Shown: positions 27,059-41,207 of the stretch, one piece after another
How the letters are laid out: the number at the start of each line of letters is the position of its first letter
How positions within the stretch are numbered: the stretch's first letter is position 1
Source: Octopus vulgaris
Lineage: Eukaryota
DNA: 64,000 nucleotides
Assembly: GCA_951406725.2 (NCBI GenBank)
Contig: OX597826.1
Location: forward strand, 12,896,001-12,960,000
Direction of reading: 5' to 3'
Translations under genes and position numbers: made by a program
The notes under the pieces: model-generated
What the model saw: the letters and a program-made list of their open reading frames with translations, nothing else
Databases searched by the model: none
What the model was told of the DNA's origin: nothing

Positions 27059-27739
27059 GCATAATGACTGGAAGGAGAAAAGCAGTGAAATAATTTGCGA
27101 TCTTGAGTTCAGATGAGACGAGAATAAACTTGAAATGAAGAAAGATTTTGCATTGATTTCTTAAAATTTCTTTTTAAATATCCTAAAGGATCTTGTCAGC
27201 CCACCTTAACACTTTTTCATTGATTGGTGAACATTGAAATGGGTTGGTGGGAATCTTACATATAAGCGAATTTTGTGAGAATGTTTCGTGTTTAACTAAA
27301 TAACTATTTCTTTATTGCCCACAAGGGGCTAGACATAGAGGGGACAAACAAGGACAGACAAAGGGATTAAGTCGATTAGATCGACCCCAGTGCGTAACTG
27401 GTACTTAATTTATCGACCCCGAAAGGATGAAAAGCAAAGTTGACCTCGGCGGAATTTGAACTCAGAACGTAAAGACAGACGAAATACCGCCAAGCATTTC
27501 GCCCGGCGTGCTAACGTTTCTGCCAGCTCGCCGCCTTTTCTATCGTACAATATTGAGCTCTTCCTGTACTTTCTCTATGCTGTTTTACGCGCAAAAAACT
27601 AAAAACCCTGAGACACGCACACACACACACACACACACGCACAAATGCACACACGCACACACACACTCACACACACACAAAATGACTTTTAAGCGTATTT
27701 TTGGTTCACCTTCTAAAACTAACTAGGCAATATACTCTT

Positions 27740-28115
27740 ACTCTCTTTTACTCTTTCACTTGTTTCAGTCATTTGACTGCGGCCATGCTGGAGCACCGCC
27801 TTTAATCGAGCAAATCGACCCCGGGACTTATTCTTTTGTAAGCCTAGTACTTATTCTATCGGTCTCTTTTGCCGAACCGCTAAGTAACGGGGACATAAAC
27901 AAACCAGCATCGGTTGTCAAACAATGCTAGGGGGACAAACACATATATACGACGGGCTTCTTTTCAGTTTCCGTCTACCAAATCCACTCACAAGGCTTTT
28001 GTCGGCCCGAGGCTATAGCAGAAGACACTTGCCCAAGGTGCCACGCAGTGGGACTGAACCCGGAACCATCTGGTTGGTAAACAAGCTACTTATCACACAG
28101 CCACTCCTGCGCCTA
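27740..28115 (-). mobile_element. CORE-like SINE, full length
   Basis: Head AGGCGCAGGAGTGGCTGTG..GGTTCAGTCCC and CTTGGGCAAGTGTCTT core. Other copies at about 21382-21735, 30518-30928, 31655-32120, 34250-34654, 39050-39459, 43980-44378 and 54280-54748 (all minus), and 8082-8210, 58204-58680 and 58700-59105 (plus). Confidence 0.85.
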
Positions 28116-28534
28116 TATAGTGTATAATTCTGTTAAACATTATGTGGAAAAGAAGCTTTGGTTTTTCTTAATGAAAATTTTGATTTTAATAAAATTGCTG
28201 TAATTTTTGACGACGCACAACGTGTACTTAACTGCGTGTTGGCCGTGTGGAAAGTATACTCGGCCGTTTAAGTGATGGCACCGTTATAAAATTAACTAGC
28301 TATTTGTTGCTTACTTTCTTGCGTTCTATTTCCTCCAGCAGGGGAAATTACATAGATCTGACTGAAGTCTTATCAGACGAACCTTTATTCCTCATCCAGT
28401 TAACACTAATAAAGACCGGGATGAAGACCCATCTCATGGATTTTTGAGTTTTAGAATGGAAAGCAAAGAAACAGCTTTAGCGTTTAACAGAATAGCCAAA
28501 GGAAATTAGCTTCAGCCTAACAAATTATTGTTGC

Positions 28535-29003
28535 GGATCTTTTCTGTTTGAACGGCAGATTTTTAAAATAATTCCCACGTAACTAAACACTTTTAAACTT
28601 CGAATACTGGTAGAATGTGTTTATAAAACATCTTTTTCTCTTGGCTTTATTGAGAAAATTCTATAGTTTGTAAGATATTTGTTGTTTATTTTCTTCAATT
28701 TCTGCAATTTCAACCAATCGATGACATCTATTGAGGTAAAAAAAAAAAAGCATTCTGTGCCGTATGAATATGTTCCTCATTTAAGAAACAGATTGGGTTT
28801 ATATACATTTCTGAAGAAAAAAGATACCCTTCCCCCACCCCTAACCCGAACCCGAACCCGAACCCTAACTCGAACCCTAACCCTAACTAACCCTAACCCT
28901 AAAACAGATTGAAATGCAATAGATCGATACTAGGGTCATAATTATGGGTGACAATTTCATATGACACAGCTAGAAAAAACTGCCGTTCAAACCGAAAAGT
29001 TCC
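28535..29003. mobile_element. Merlin-like MITE containing telomere-like repeats
   Basis: About 29-bp TIRs beginning GG (GGATCTTTTCTGTTTGAACGGCAG and CTGCCGTTCAAACCGAAAAGTTCC). 8-bp TSD ATTGTTGC at 28527-28534 and 29004-29011. Confidence 0.8.
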
Positions 29004-29038
29004 ATTGTTGCCAGTGCACAATTTTATTTATTAACAAA

Positions 29039-29403
29039 CTAGCAGTATCGCCCGGCGTTACTCAGGTTTGTAAGGGAAATAACTATAAAGCATTTTTAGA
29101 GAGTTATAGCCAAAAAATAGCAAAAAAATGGAAAAAAAATTATGGTAAATTTTTTTTGAGTTAAAAAAGGTCGAGTTGCGTCCCCTAGATAGTCTGTGGT
29201 TTGTGTTTCTGATTCTCGACCCCATGTCGAATTTATCGATTTTTTTCAGAACTGGGGGAACTTTTCAAAATTTTCGCTGCGTTAGTTTTGAATTATGACA
29301 TTAGGCTATGTGTGTGTCAAGTTTCATCAGAATCGGTTGAGGGTACAACCAAACAGACACACAGAAACACACACAGACAAACTGCCGTTTATATAGAGAG
29401 AGA
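29039..29403 (-). mobile_element. Non-autonomous Helitron
   Basis: Minus strand A|TCTCTCTCTATATAAACGGC...CCTGAGTAACGCCGGGCGATACTGCTAG|T. Confidence 0.8.
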
Positions 29404-31186
29404 TTTCTATCGTAGCCAGTACCCAACAGCCATATTGAAAATACTCCCACTCAAAAACTATCACACAAATACAGTTACATCTGTACGAATGATAAAAAAA
29501 GCCATTCAAAATTAATTTCTTATACTTCGTTAACTTAAAGTAAAACAATATATCAAACAAATAAAAAACGACTTAACTGAAAAAGCTAAGAAGATAAAAT
29601 ATAAATCAGATAAAACGCTACAATACGTCTGTTATCTTGAAAAGGAATAAAAGCATTTTTTCTAGGTGATTTTTTTTCTTCTTCCCAGCTCAGGTAAATA
29701 ATAATTTGTTGCTTATCAGTGACGTTTACAGTTTTGAACTTCGTTGCAATCAAAGGAGTGATATAAGTGGTAGAATTTTTATCAATCTCAAGAAAGCTGA
29801 AAATGTCAAGCACATCATTGGGAGGCATAAAATTGCACGTTATCTTTCTCCCTATTTCTTGTTCAAGGTCTTTTCGCAGAAATCAGACGCCCTTGAGTTT
29901 AGTTCAAACAAATTAGAAATTAGGAATAGTTTTGCACGTAAATATAATTATGGCTTCTGAGATAGACAGCAACAACAGTTTCGAGAGAGGGAGAGATGAG
30001 ATAGTTGATCGAATTAATTCCAGTAAGTGATTTGTGCGTTGCTATACATGACTGGTACCGAGGAATGAAAGATAAGCTATTAGAACTCAGTTTACAAAGA
30101 GAAGTAACTAAAAATCGTATGGTATGTTGTCCAACACTCTACAGGTCCTGATGCACACCATCCTTAGAAGATAAAGGTACTTATATCACAATGGTATGAG
30201 TCCAAGAGAGAGAATATGGCTGGCAGAGTTAATTAAGTACTAGGCAGCCAGCTAAAAGGGATTTAGATCATATTCTGTCCTTATCACTGTTTTGTGTCCG
30301 TGTTCAAGACACTCAATCTCCTGTAAGGATTTCAGAGAGAATAATATGCGACTGTCAAGATAGAAGTCCAAATAAAACTGAACAGCAATTAGTTTGAAAA
30401 TTTTTGTGAGCTGATTGCATGAGATTGTACACTGACGACTTGTTCAAAGAAACAAGAACTGCTACCAAATGGTTGAATGTATCGTGAAAACTTTCCACGA
30501 TGGTAGTTCAGTGGTTACTCTTTTACTCTCTTTTACTCGTTTCAGTCATTTGACTGCAGCCATGCTGGAGCACCGCCTTTTTAGTCGAGCAAATCGACCC
30601 CAGGACTTATTCTTTGTAAGCCTAGTACTTATTCTATCGTTTTTTTTTTTTTTGCCGAACCGCTAAGTTACGGGGACGTAAACACACCAGCATTGGTTGT
30701 CAAGTGATGTTAGGCGGACAAACAGACACACATACACACATATATATATATATATATACATATATACGACGGGCTTCTTTCAGTTTCCGTCTACCAAATC
30801 CACTCACGCGGCTTTGGTCGGCCCGAGGCTATAGTAGAAGACACTTGCCCAAGGTGCCACGCAGTTGGACTGAACCCGGAACTATGTGGCTGGTAAGCAA
30901 GCTACTTACCACACAGCCACTCTTGCGTTAGTGCATATTGCTGGGTGAATCTTTGTCAATCAACCGGATGACTTTTTCTTAGATGCTCTCTAAATTTATT
31001 TCGTAGATATGCATGCAGTATTTGTGCATTGTAAATTGCCACAACCAATCAGAACTATACATGTTTTATGGCTTTTGCATAATCTGAGTTTTTAGGATGT
31101 ATCTTTAGCTACGTTAGAGATGTGATGGGATGCAATATAGTGGTGCTTATCGTTTGTAAAATTACTGGTGGCTTTAGTGAAGGCGC

Positions 31187-31515
31187 ATGGCTCAGTGGTT
31201 AGAGCGTCGAACTTACGATCGTGATTTTGTGAGTTCGAATCCTGGACCGGGCTGCGATGTTGTGCTCTTGAGCAGGACACTTTATTTCACGTTGCTCCAG
31301 TTCACTCAGCTGTAGAAATGAGTTGCGACGTCACAGGTGCCAACTTGTATCGGCTCCTTTGCCTTTCCTTTGGATAACACTGGTGGCGTGGAGAGTGGAG
31401 GCCGGTATGCATGGGCGACTGCTGGTCTTCCATAAACAACCTTGCCCGGACTTGTGCCTGGTAGGGTAACTTTCTAGGTGCAATCCCACGGTCAGTCATG
31501 ACCGAAGGGGGCCTC
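31187..31515 (+). mobile_element. tRNA-derived SINE with the V-like family head and a different 3' half
   Basis: A box TGGCTCAGTGG, B box GAGTTCGAATCC. 5' half aligns with 2481-2620; 3' half is unrelated. Confidence 0.75.
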
Positions 31516-31882
31516 AGCTCAGCTCAGCTGACTTTAGTTACATGGTGTTCGTGAATAAGGAAGAGATAATATAGTTTAGTGCTGTTCTCTCACACGTATC
31601 CAGTTAGTCCTTTCTAGTATTTTGAAGAGTATCCCTCTTCTGACTTTTACCTTTACCCTGTTTCAGTCGTTTGACTGCGGATCTGCTGGGACACCACCTT
31701 GAAGGGTTTTGGTGAAACAAATCGACTCCAGGTCTTTCTTTTAAAACCTGGTACTTATTCTATTGGTCTCTTTTGCCGAAGCGCTAAGTTACTGAGATGT
31801 AAACACACCAATATCGTTTATTAAGCAGTGATTGGGGACAAACACAGACACAAATATACACATGCAAAGAGACATACATACA

Positions 31883-31955
<73 letters not shown>

Positions 31956-33657
31956 ATATATATATGACAAGCTTCTTTTTCAGTTTCCGTCAGTCAAATC
32001 CACTCACAAGGCTTTGGTCGGGCCGAAGCTATAGTAGGAGATACTTGCCCAGGGTTCCACGCAGTGAGACTGAACCCGGAACCATATGCTTGTGAAGGAA
32101 ACTTCTTAACACACAGCCACAATTTTATGATATATTTTCAAGAGATACCACTCGATATCATATGCAATAACGTTGAGTAAAGTTACAACTTTCTTTCTTG
32201 ATTTTTAAAATTGGGGTTTGCATTTCTGCTTAAGTAAAATTAATTATGAAAGACATTAAATGATTTTTCGTTTACACTTCTTTCTCTTTAATAGCTGTTG
32301 AGCTAATGTTGAGTGGAACTATGGCATTACAAAATGGTAACACTTAATGTGTTTAATAGTATAATTTAAGTGATTATTAATATATATTTAGAAGACTAGG
32401 AGATCCAGGTCAGAAATCTGTGAATAAGACCTTGTATATAAGCATGGCGTACACGATGTTTTTTCTTCAAAACCAGTACGACAAAGATATACCACCTATT
32501 TTATAATGCTTGCTACATTTGAATAATAACAACTTATACATGAATATGTGTTTATTGTTTTGATGCTAGCAACAAAGATTTACGAATGCAGTTTTCCCAT
32601 TATCAACAATTCAGAATATCTGAACACAGAAGTAGTAAAAAATATATGTCTTTCAAGAATAAAAAGGAAACAGTCAGAACAGTCATGTGAATTATACTTC
32701 ACTCAATAAAATAACGCATAGTCTATGCACAGCTACGCTGACACCATCGTAGCTCTCCATGTATAGCTGCAGCACAATAACAATTGAGAAATATATAAGA
32801 AATAGATTCTGCGGTATTGATTTATTTCGCTAACACAGGCTGCATTTTTTTTCCTTCTTTCAAGATACAAGTAAAAAAAAAAGCTATACAGACGATTGTT
32901 TAAATACCAATATATTACTGGTACTTAGTTAACTTCAACTAAGGGAATGAAAAGCAACAATGAAAGAAGCCAGTTATCTGCTTTCTGAGCGCCAATTCTA
33001 CCACTTTCAGATTCCGGTACATTATCGATTATATAAATATCATTCTATTCTATTCTCGTGTTAGAAGATTTTTATCTCGACAACTTGCTTGTCGATTTTC
33101 TATAAAAGTTGACAAAATCGCAGAAAGCGCAACAGAGCTTTTAGAGAGTTGAAGAAATCTTGTGAAATTTCTGCCAGTAGTAATTCAAGTATTCTAAACT
33201 ATGTTCGTGTTAATATCCAATTCCATCTTTATGCATTGTTAATGATGGCGGTGATGGTCAAAGACCGTTACCTTTACAACATTACTACTTTATATGGCCA
33301 AATGTCAGGCCCTTCGATTCTTTTACATTGATCTCGCTGTTTACTTGGCTTACTATCTTTCAATGTGTCTTTCTAACCATCTACCCATTCATCGATCTAC
33401 TTATCTGCTTACTCATTTGCCCGGACTTCTATAAACCATTGCAGAACCGGTTGCAGTTATTCTAAAAGACCAGCAAATTTTGTCCGCGTAGTGACAGAAA
33501 TTTTTCTTCAGTCGTAAATAGAATTCTGATTAAGCGAGTCACGCTTAAAGTGGAGCTTACTAAGTTTGTTAGTATATACTATGGTTGATGAAACCCTCAG
33601 GAAAGGTCAAAATACTTATTAAGCTCACTCATTCGGTTATAATTTAGAACCTATAAA

Positions 33658-33888
33658 AGGCGGCGAGCTGGCAGACACGTTAGCGCGCCGGGCGAAATGC
33701 TTAGCGGTATTTCGTCTGCCGTTGCGTTCTGAGTTCAAATTCTGCCGAGGTCGACTTTGCCTTTCATCCTTTCGGGGTCGATAAATTAAGTACCAGTTTC
33801 GCACTGGGGTCGATGTAATCGACTTAATCCGTTTGTCTGTCCTTGTTTGTCCCCTCTATGTTTAGCCCCCTGTGGGCAATAAAGAAAT
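33658..33888 (+). mobile_element. Deu/Nin-like SINE monomer (reference copy)
   Basis: Full-length unit flanked by TATAATTTAGAAC repeats. Other monomers at about 11602, 13850, 16140, 16440, 18535, 27305, 35713, 38328, 45075, 48038 and 62120. Confidence 0.9.
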
Positions 33889-35966
33889 ATATAATTTAGA
33901 ACTTATCTACCAGAGTTGTCCATCTTAATGCAATTTATGTTAGTATTCACATGGGCCACCAGTAGGTGTCGCTACGTTTTATATCAGGGACTACGTTATA
34001 GCAAACAGTTTGGCAATGAAACTCATCATTCGACACTTTGCTGTGCCAAAAGATGCAGCAGATTTTTTTCAGACATACCATGTGGACATCATTGATCTTA
34101 TTCGTGTCTCAGTTTACCACTTGCTAACATTCTGAAACAAGCATTAGGACATATATGACACAGCTGTTATACTGAGAATAATTCGAACAAGGTACATTTA
34201 CAATGGAGGAAACTAAATGAGATTTCATATCACGGTTAAACTCTCTTTGCTCTCTTTTACTTGTTTCAGTCATTTGACTGCGGCCATGCTGGAGCACCGC
34301 CTTTAGTCGAGCAAATCGACCCCTGGACTTATTATTTGTAAGCCCAGTACTTATTCTATCGGTCTCTTTTGCCGAACCGCTAAGTTACAGGGACGTAAAC
34401 ACACCAGCATCGGTTGTCAAGCAATGCTAAGGGGACAAACACAGACACACAGACACACACACATATATAAATATATATATACATATATACGACGGGCTTC
34501 TTTCAGTTTCCGTCTACCAAATCCACTCACAAGGCATTGGTCGGCCCGGGGCTATAGCAGAAGACACTTGCCCAAGATGCCACGCAGTGGGACTGAACTC
34601 GCAACCATGTGGTTGGTTAGCAAGCTACTTACCACACAGCCACTCCTGCGCCTATGTTTTGTGGGTTTTTTTTTGTTTTTTTGGTGGGGTTTTGCATAGA
34701 TATCTTGAATATAGCTGTTCCTCAACATCCACCTTCCCGTCATCAATAATTATTCTAAATTCAATTCATACGTTGAAATCACAACCTCTCTCTCTCCCCC
34801 TCTCTCTCTCTCACTCTCTCTCTCTCTCTCTCTCACTCTCTCTTTATCTATCTCTCTATCTATTTATCTTTTATCGCTGAAGTCATCATCCTTGTTGACT
34901 TCAGTCTATTCAACTTCTGGCTTTTGTACTCAGTCGACACTGACAATGCTACTGTTATATCGCCCAAGAATTGAACACGTTTCCCTGACACACCGTGGAC
35001 TATCCTAATTCTTTTTTTTTTTATACAACGGCCTGCCTATCTCATCCTCGTCACCACTGTTATATCGCAATACTACACAGTGGCTGTATGAGCATCTCAT
35101 CCTCGTCGCAACTGTTATATCGCGATATAACAATGGCGACGAGGATTTCGTCGCACACACAGCCACTGTGTAGGTTTGCGATATAACAGCTACTTAAACA
35201 GAAGCTCAATTAACTTTCCGAACAATCTGTAATCATGTAGTATCCACACTGATATCCCAGTTTCTCTTGACCGTTTTCTGTGCTACAAATCCAGCCCTTT
35301 TCTAAACATTACCGTCTGTCTTATCTGATTCTTGCCTAATCAAGGTAATGCACAATACATCTTCCTACTAGCACCGGAGACTAACCATACCTATAGCAGT
35401 AAATACGTTTCCCTATTGACATATCAGATGCAGTTAATCTTTCTCACTTAAAGAACATTGCCAAAACTGCAACACAAAAGACTCTTCTCTATAACCTGAA
35501 AATAAATTAATTTTGATCAGTCGTTGACCTACTAGAATTTTTACGTCAGAAATGCAATGGAGTATTGGGCAATATCTTTCATGTTTCAGGCAAGCGCACC
35601 AAATCGAAGCCAAAATTATCATTCACCAGTATGCCTCAGTTACTAACTTACAAACGCTCATTCTTTTCTCCTTTTTCTTCTACTATTCCAACGGTCTCTG
35701 TACCTTTGTGACGGCGGCGAGCTGGCAGAAACATTAGCACGCCGGGCGAAATGCGTAGCCGTATTTCGTCTGCCGTTACGTTGTGAGTTCAAATTCCGCC
35801 GAGGTCGACTTTGCCTGTCATCCTTTCGAGGTCGATAAATTAAGTACCAGTTACGCACTGGGGTCGATGTAATCGACTTAATACCTATGTCTGTCTTTGT
35901 TTGTCCCCTCTATGTTTAGCCCCTGTTTAGGTCTCTGTACCTTTGAACTGCATATATATATGTGTG

Positions 35967-35998
<32 letters not shown>

Positions 35999-36021
35999 GA
36001 GGTGCAATGTGTGTGTGTGTG

Positions 36022-36305
36022 TGTAGGGCAGCAGACTCGCGGTCGGGGGATCGCGGTTTCGATACCCAGACCGGGCATTGTGCGTGTTTATTCAGCGAAA
36101 ACACCTAAAAAAAGCTCCACGAGGCTTCGGCAGGGGCTGGTGGTGACCCCTGTTGTACTCTTTCGCCCCAACTTTCTCTCACTCTCTCTTCCTGTTTCTT
36201 GAGTAACGCTGCGATGGATTGGCGTCCCGTCCAGCTGGGGGGAACACATACGCCACAGAAACCGGGAAATTGGGCCCATGAGTCTGTCTAGGCTTGAAAA
36301 GGCGA
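36022..36305 (+). mobile_element. SINE with the V-like tail and a distinct middle segment
   Basis: Tail GCTGCGATGGATTGGCGTCCCGTCCAG...GAAACCGGG shared with 2481-2730. Head and middle shared with 61362-61659 (minus). Confidence 0.72.
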
Positions 36306-36314
36306 CGTTTATCG

Positions 36315-36392
<78 letters not shown>

Positions 36393-37061
36393 TGCCTTAA
36401 CTCAAGTCTAACCAACACACTCGTTTCTTTTCTTTTTATCACGTTTAGTAGTCTTAACCTCAATTGTATCAGGTAAATATTTTCTGCATTCATTCTGCCC
36501 TTTCAGAATTGTAACTCTCAGAAATTCTCAGAAATTCCGTTTCTCGTTCTGAATTTTTTTTTTCTTTCTTTGGTCTAAGTATTTTCAAACTGAACATCGA
36601 CAGCATCAACCTCAACAGTCTAAAAAAAAGCTTGCAAAGTTACGGGTGCTAGCTCACAAGTGAATAATTAAAATATTACATAATCATATATAAAACAATT
36701 AGTGGTCTATGGACAAATGAAAGATCCTTCTAAAATTTGAAACCGAATTGCAGATTCAGTTTGCTGCAATCCTATATCGCTGCTTCTTAACGACACCGTC
36801 TATAATAGCAAAACTGATAAGAAAAGGTTGATAAGCTGCTATTAAATTAGGTCATTTCACATATGCGCCGATTTTCTACACAAAAGCTTATATACGAATG
36901 AATTTAACATACCTTATATAATATAAATGCATATATGCGCATGTGCAAATAATATAAGTACAATACATATATTTGCCTTTCAACCAATAATTAATGCATT
37001 TATATACCCGGTAGATATATATTTGTAGCTTCAAACCATATATATATACATACAGATATAT

Positions 37062-37104
<43 letters not shown>

Positions 37105-37108
37105 TAAG

Positions 37109-37187
<79 letters not shown>

Positions 37188-37232
37188 TAAATACACATAT
37201 ATATATACACATATATATATACTTATATATAT

Positions 37233-37281
<49 letters not shown>

Positions 37282-37287
37282 GCATGC

Positions 37288-37341
<54 letters not shown>

Positions 37342-40300
37342 ACACACATACATAAATGCATGTTCTTCAAATACATTTGCATACTTATATATGCTCGCAT
37401 ATATATACGCTGGTGTGCATATAATCGTGACTATAAACAATCAACAATCGACAGCAATAACGGAAAATAAATTTTCTTATCTGCCTAGCAACGTTAACAA
37501 GCTTAAGAAGAAATCAAAACAGATTGATAGAAAACGTTAATCGTAGCATGGTGGTGAGAAACGAGTTGACTGCAATACTATCTTTTGTAACGGACAGAAA
37601 AGGATTATGAGTCTTTAGATACGGAAACATGTTGGAAAATTCTGAGAAAATTTGAAGGAGTTATGTTTTACCTACGATGGGTGCAGACATATATATATTT
37701 TTTCCTGGGATTCACTCCGGACGCTTGTTATCCATTTTGGAATATATCTGTCCGAGATATGCGTTTTAGGCGAACAAATAAATAGATTTTATTTGATCCA
37801 GAAGCACTTACGAGAAAACAGTTTTTCGACAATGCAGACTTGACAACGAAAATATGTTAATACCTATGATGTTTAGATATAAATGTTCTCGTGTTCGTTA
37901 CATTTTTGTGTGGGTGTAATAGGAGAGACACAGAGACAGAGGTGCAGACAGACATTGGCAGACAGAGAAAGATAGAGGGAGAGAGTGTGAGCGAAAGAGA
38001 GAGATAAAATTAACTGAACAGGTGGAGACTTCGCTGTTCTTCTCATCATGAAAAGCAAAACGCTCGGTCTTAGTGTTTAGTTATTTTGAATTTAGTATTG
38101 TAAATTATTTCTTTAGAATTGGTTGATATTATTCATTTGTATCTTGTTTGTTGAAACCCTCACACGACACGAAAATAACATTTGCAACAATTTTAGAGCA
38201 TAAGGTTTCAAATCGTGTGACTTCAAATTGTAGGGTTACCGAACCGCAAGGTACGACTCCAATGACCCACTGTTCAGTTCACTGTTTGTGCAAACCATAA
38301 ACTGGAACTATATTTCATATTAGGAAGGGCGGCGAGCTGGCAGAAACGTTAGCACGCCGGGCGAAATGCTTAGCCGTATTCGTCTGCCGTTACGTTCTGA
38401 GTTCAAATTCCGCTGAGGTCGACTTTGCCTTTCATCCTTTCGGGGTCGATAAATCAAGTACCAGTTACGAACTGGGGTCGATGTAATCGACTTAATCCCT
38501 TTGTCCTTGTTTGTCCCCTCTGTGTTTGGCCCTTTGTGGGTAGTAAAGAAATATATATTTCATATTAGGTGAGTGCCTGGTTCGGTTTCATTTCCTGACT
38601 GGAGCATTACAATTGACGTTTCACTTTCCGTTTTCTGAACGAAACTGGAATAAACATTGCAAATTTGCATTTCCTATTCTTTAAAAGGCTCTGAGGTCTA
38701 AAATTTGAAGCAATTAATTCTGCCCAAAACTTCATTCTTAGACTAAAGTGTCTGTGTCAGATTACTTTGCTATGTCATATGACAAAAAGTCAAAAACTTT
38801 TCAGAGACACACCAATAATTCAATAGGTTATACTTTGATATATTTGGATGACTTGACCTGACCAGGTCATGTCTAACTTAATAGCCCTACTTGGTTTTGT
38901 TTAGAAAATTGAATTGTGATATTTTTGACAGATAAAATATTTTATTTCTTCTCTTCTGTTATTCCAGTTCTGACATTTAATAAAATAAACATTTCTCTTG
39001 AAACTCTTTGGGATAAACAACCTATTTCTACTTCGTCCTGTCTTTTATGCTTTTACTTGTTTCAGTCATTTGATTGCGGCCATGCTGGAGCACCGCCTTG
39101 AGTCGAGTAAATCGACCCTCAGGACTTATTCTTTGTAAGCCTGGTACTTATTCTAACGTTTTCTTTTTGCCGAACCGCTAAGTTACGGGGACGTAAACAC
39201 CTCAGCAATCGGTTGTCAAGCGATGGGGGGGGGACAAACACAGACACACAAACATATACCCATACATATATATATATATATATATACATATGTTCGACGG
39301 GTTTCTTTCAGTTTCTGCCTACCAAATCCACTCACAAGGCTTTGGTCGGCCCGAGACTATAGTAGACGACACTTGCCCAAGGTGCCATGCAGTGGGAATG
39401 AACCCAGAACCATGTGGTTGGTAAGCTAATTACTTATCACACAGCCACTCCTGCGCCTATGTTATTGAACTAATACAATTTTACCTTCTTCAACACAGCA
39501 CTAGCGTTTTGGCAACTTTGTTTTACTCTTTGCAGCTAAAAAAAGAAATCGGCTTTCAAGGCATTTTTGACACTCCTTGAAACATGGCTGTAACCTATCA
39601 AATTTATTAGTTGACCTATTAGGCAATATCTCTTGAAAAGTCTCAAGATATATCCCTCTTCACACATAAACTGAATGATTCAGCGACTTTTAAATATGCA
39701 TGATTAGGATATAAATTTTATCTACAAAGAAAATAATAAAACTATTGCTTTAGCTACATATCACCGCCCCAGAAATGAATTTAGTTTTTAAAATATTTAC
39801 TTCAGAGAATATGGCCACTGTGGTTTTCTCCAACAAAATTACTTTAAAGTACAGCATTCTATACAAGTAGTATACATTAACTGGGTTTTTCTCTTTTTCT
39901 CTCTTCACTGACCAAATTTCAATTGTCAATTCTCAGAAACTGGAAATTCCTACTACTGCCAGTTTTTTTGTTGTTTTTTTTTTGAGAGAGAGAGAGAGAT
40001 TGGCATTACTCTCTATTTTTCATTAAACTTCAAACTTTAAAATGCCCTTTTGTCTGTTAAGCTTCTTAAACAACAACAACAAAATCAGAATAGCTCATGT
40101 TTGATGAGAACAAGCTGAAACTAAATTTATCTACACACGTCCATCGTTTGTAATCTCATGGTTTTGTGTCAAGTAAACAGCATCCGCATTGCAGCTGAAT
40201 AGGTTCCCCGTTAAAGCTGAACAGTTTCCGCATTACAAGGGCAAGATTGTAAAAGTTATAGAACCATTTAGAGAGATTTCGTTCGGAACAACCTAATGCA

Positions 40301-40382
40301 AAATATATTTAACTTTGCTTCGGTGACGTCTTCTTTCGATTTCGGAGCTAACGATATAATTGAATATACGTTAAAGAAGTTA

Positions 40383-40751
40383 TCTCTATATATATAAACG
40401 GCAAAATATCTGTGTGTGTGTGTGTCCTTTATACAAAGCCACATTTTTTTAGTTAGAGGGCTCGCACTTTCTATGGTCATTCAAAACAGTCCAAGGGTAG
40501 TCGTGCACATCTTTACATTTCCTCCGGTCACCCCGCAAAGCCATTAAAAAATCAATAGAAGTGACTTTTTTGTGAATTTTCTATCCAAAACCCAAAGAAA
40601 ATGCCCAAAACTTGATACGTCAATTGAATGCCAGCTAGCTGTATGTGATTGGTCGGAGATTTGGACAGTACTCGCGTATATGTGTGCACGCACGCAGCTG
40701 TATATGCATGCACTAGCACTATGACCCGGTGTTGCCGGGTCATAGTGCTAG
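40383..40751 (+). mobile_element. Non-autonomous Helitron
   Basis: A|TC start; perfect 13-bp hairpin CACTATGACCCGG-TGTTG-CCGGGTCATAGTG immediately before CTAG|T. Confidence 0.8.
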
Positions 40752-41045
40752 TAAAGTATAAAGAGAGAACATGTCAGTTTGACACCTGAGATGTGGTAGA
40801 CGTGAGGTATGAAAGTGACCACTGAGAAATTTGAGATGAAGTGATTTGAGCAAGAATGCAACGCCTCATCCGATCCCAGAACTGAAACCACGATCTCATG
40901 GTCGCGAGGCCATTCGCCCACACACACATACAAACTTAATGAGTGTGTGTGTGTCTGTGTTTGTGTATGTGTGCGTGTGTGTATGTATGTGTGTGCGTGC
41001 ATGCGTGCGCGCGTGTGCGTGTGTGGACATTAATATAAAAGTTTC

Positions 41046-41207
41046 CAAGACATTCACAAGACGTTCACAAGACGTTCACAAGACGTTCACAAGACGTTCA
41101 CAAGACGTTCACAAGACGTTCACAAGACGTTCACAAGACGTTCACAAGACGTTCACAAGACGTTCACAAGACGTTCACAAGACGTTCACAAGACGTTCAC
41201 AAGACGT
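41046..41207. repeat. 11-bp minisatellite (CAAGACGTTCA), about 14-15 copies
   Basis: Nearly perfect tandem array seen directly. Confidence 0.97.

Noticed and set aside
31187-31260. tRNA-like A and B boxes
   Set aside because: SINE head continuing into a SINE body; no complete cloverleaf.
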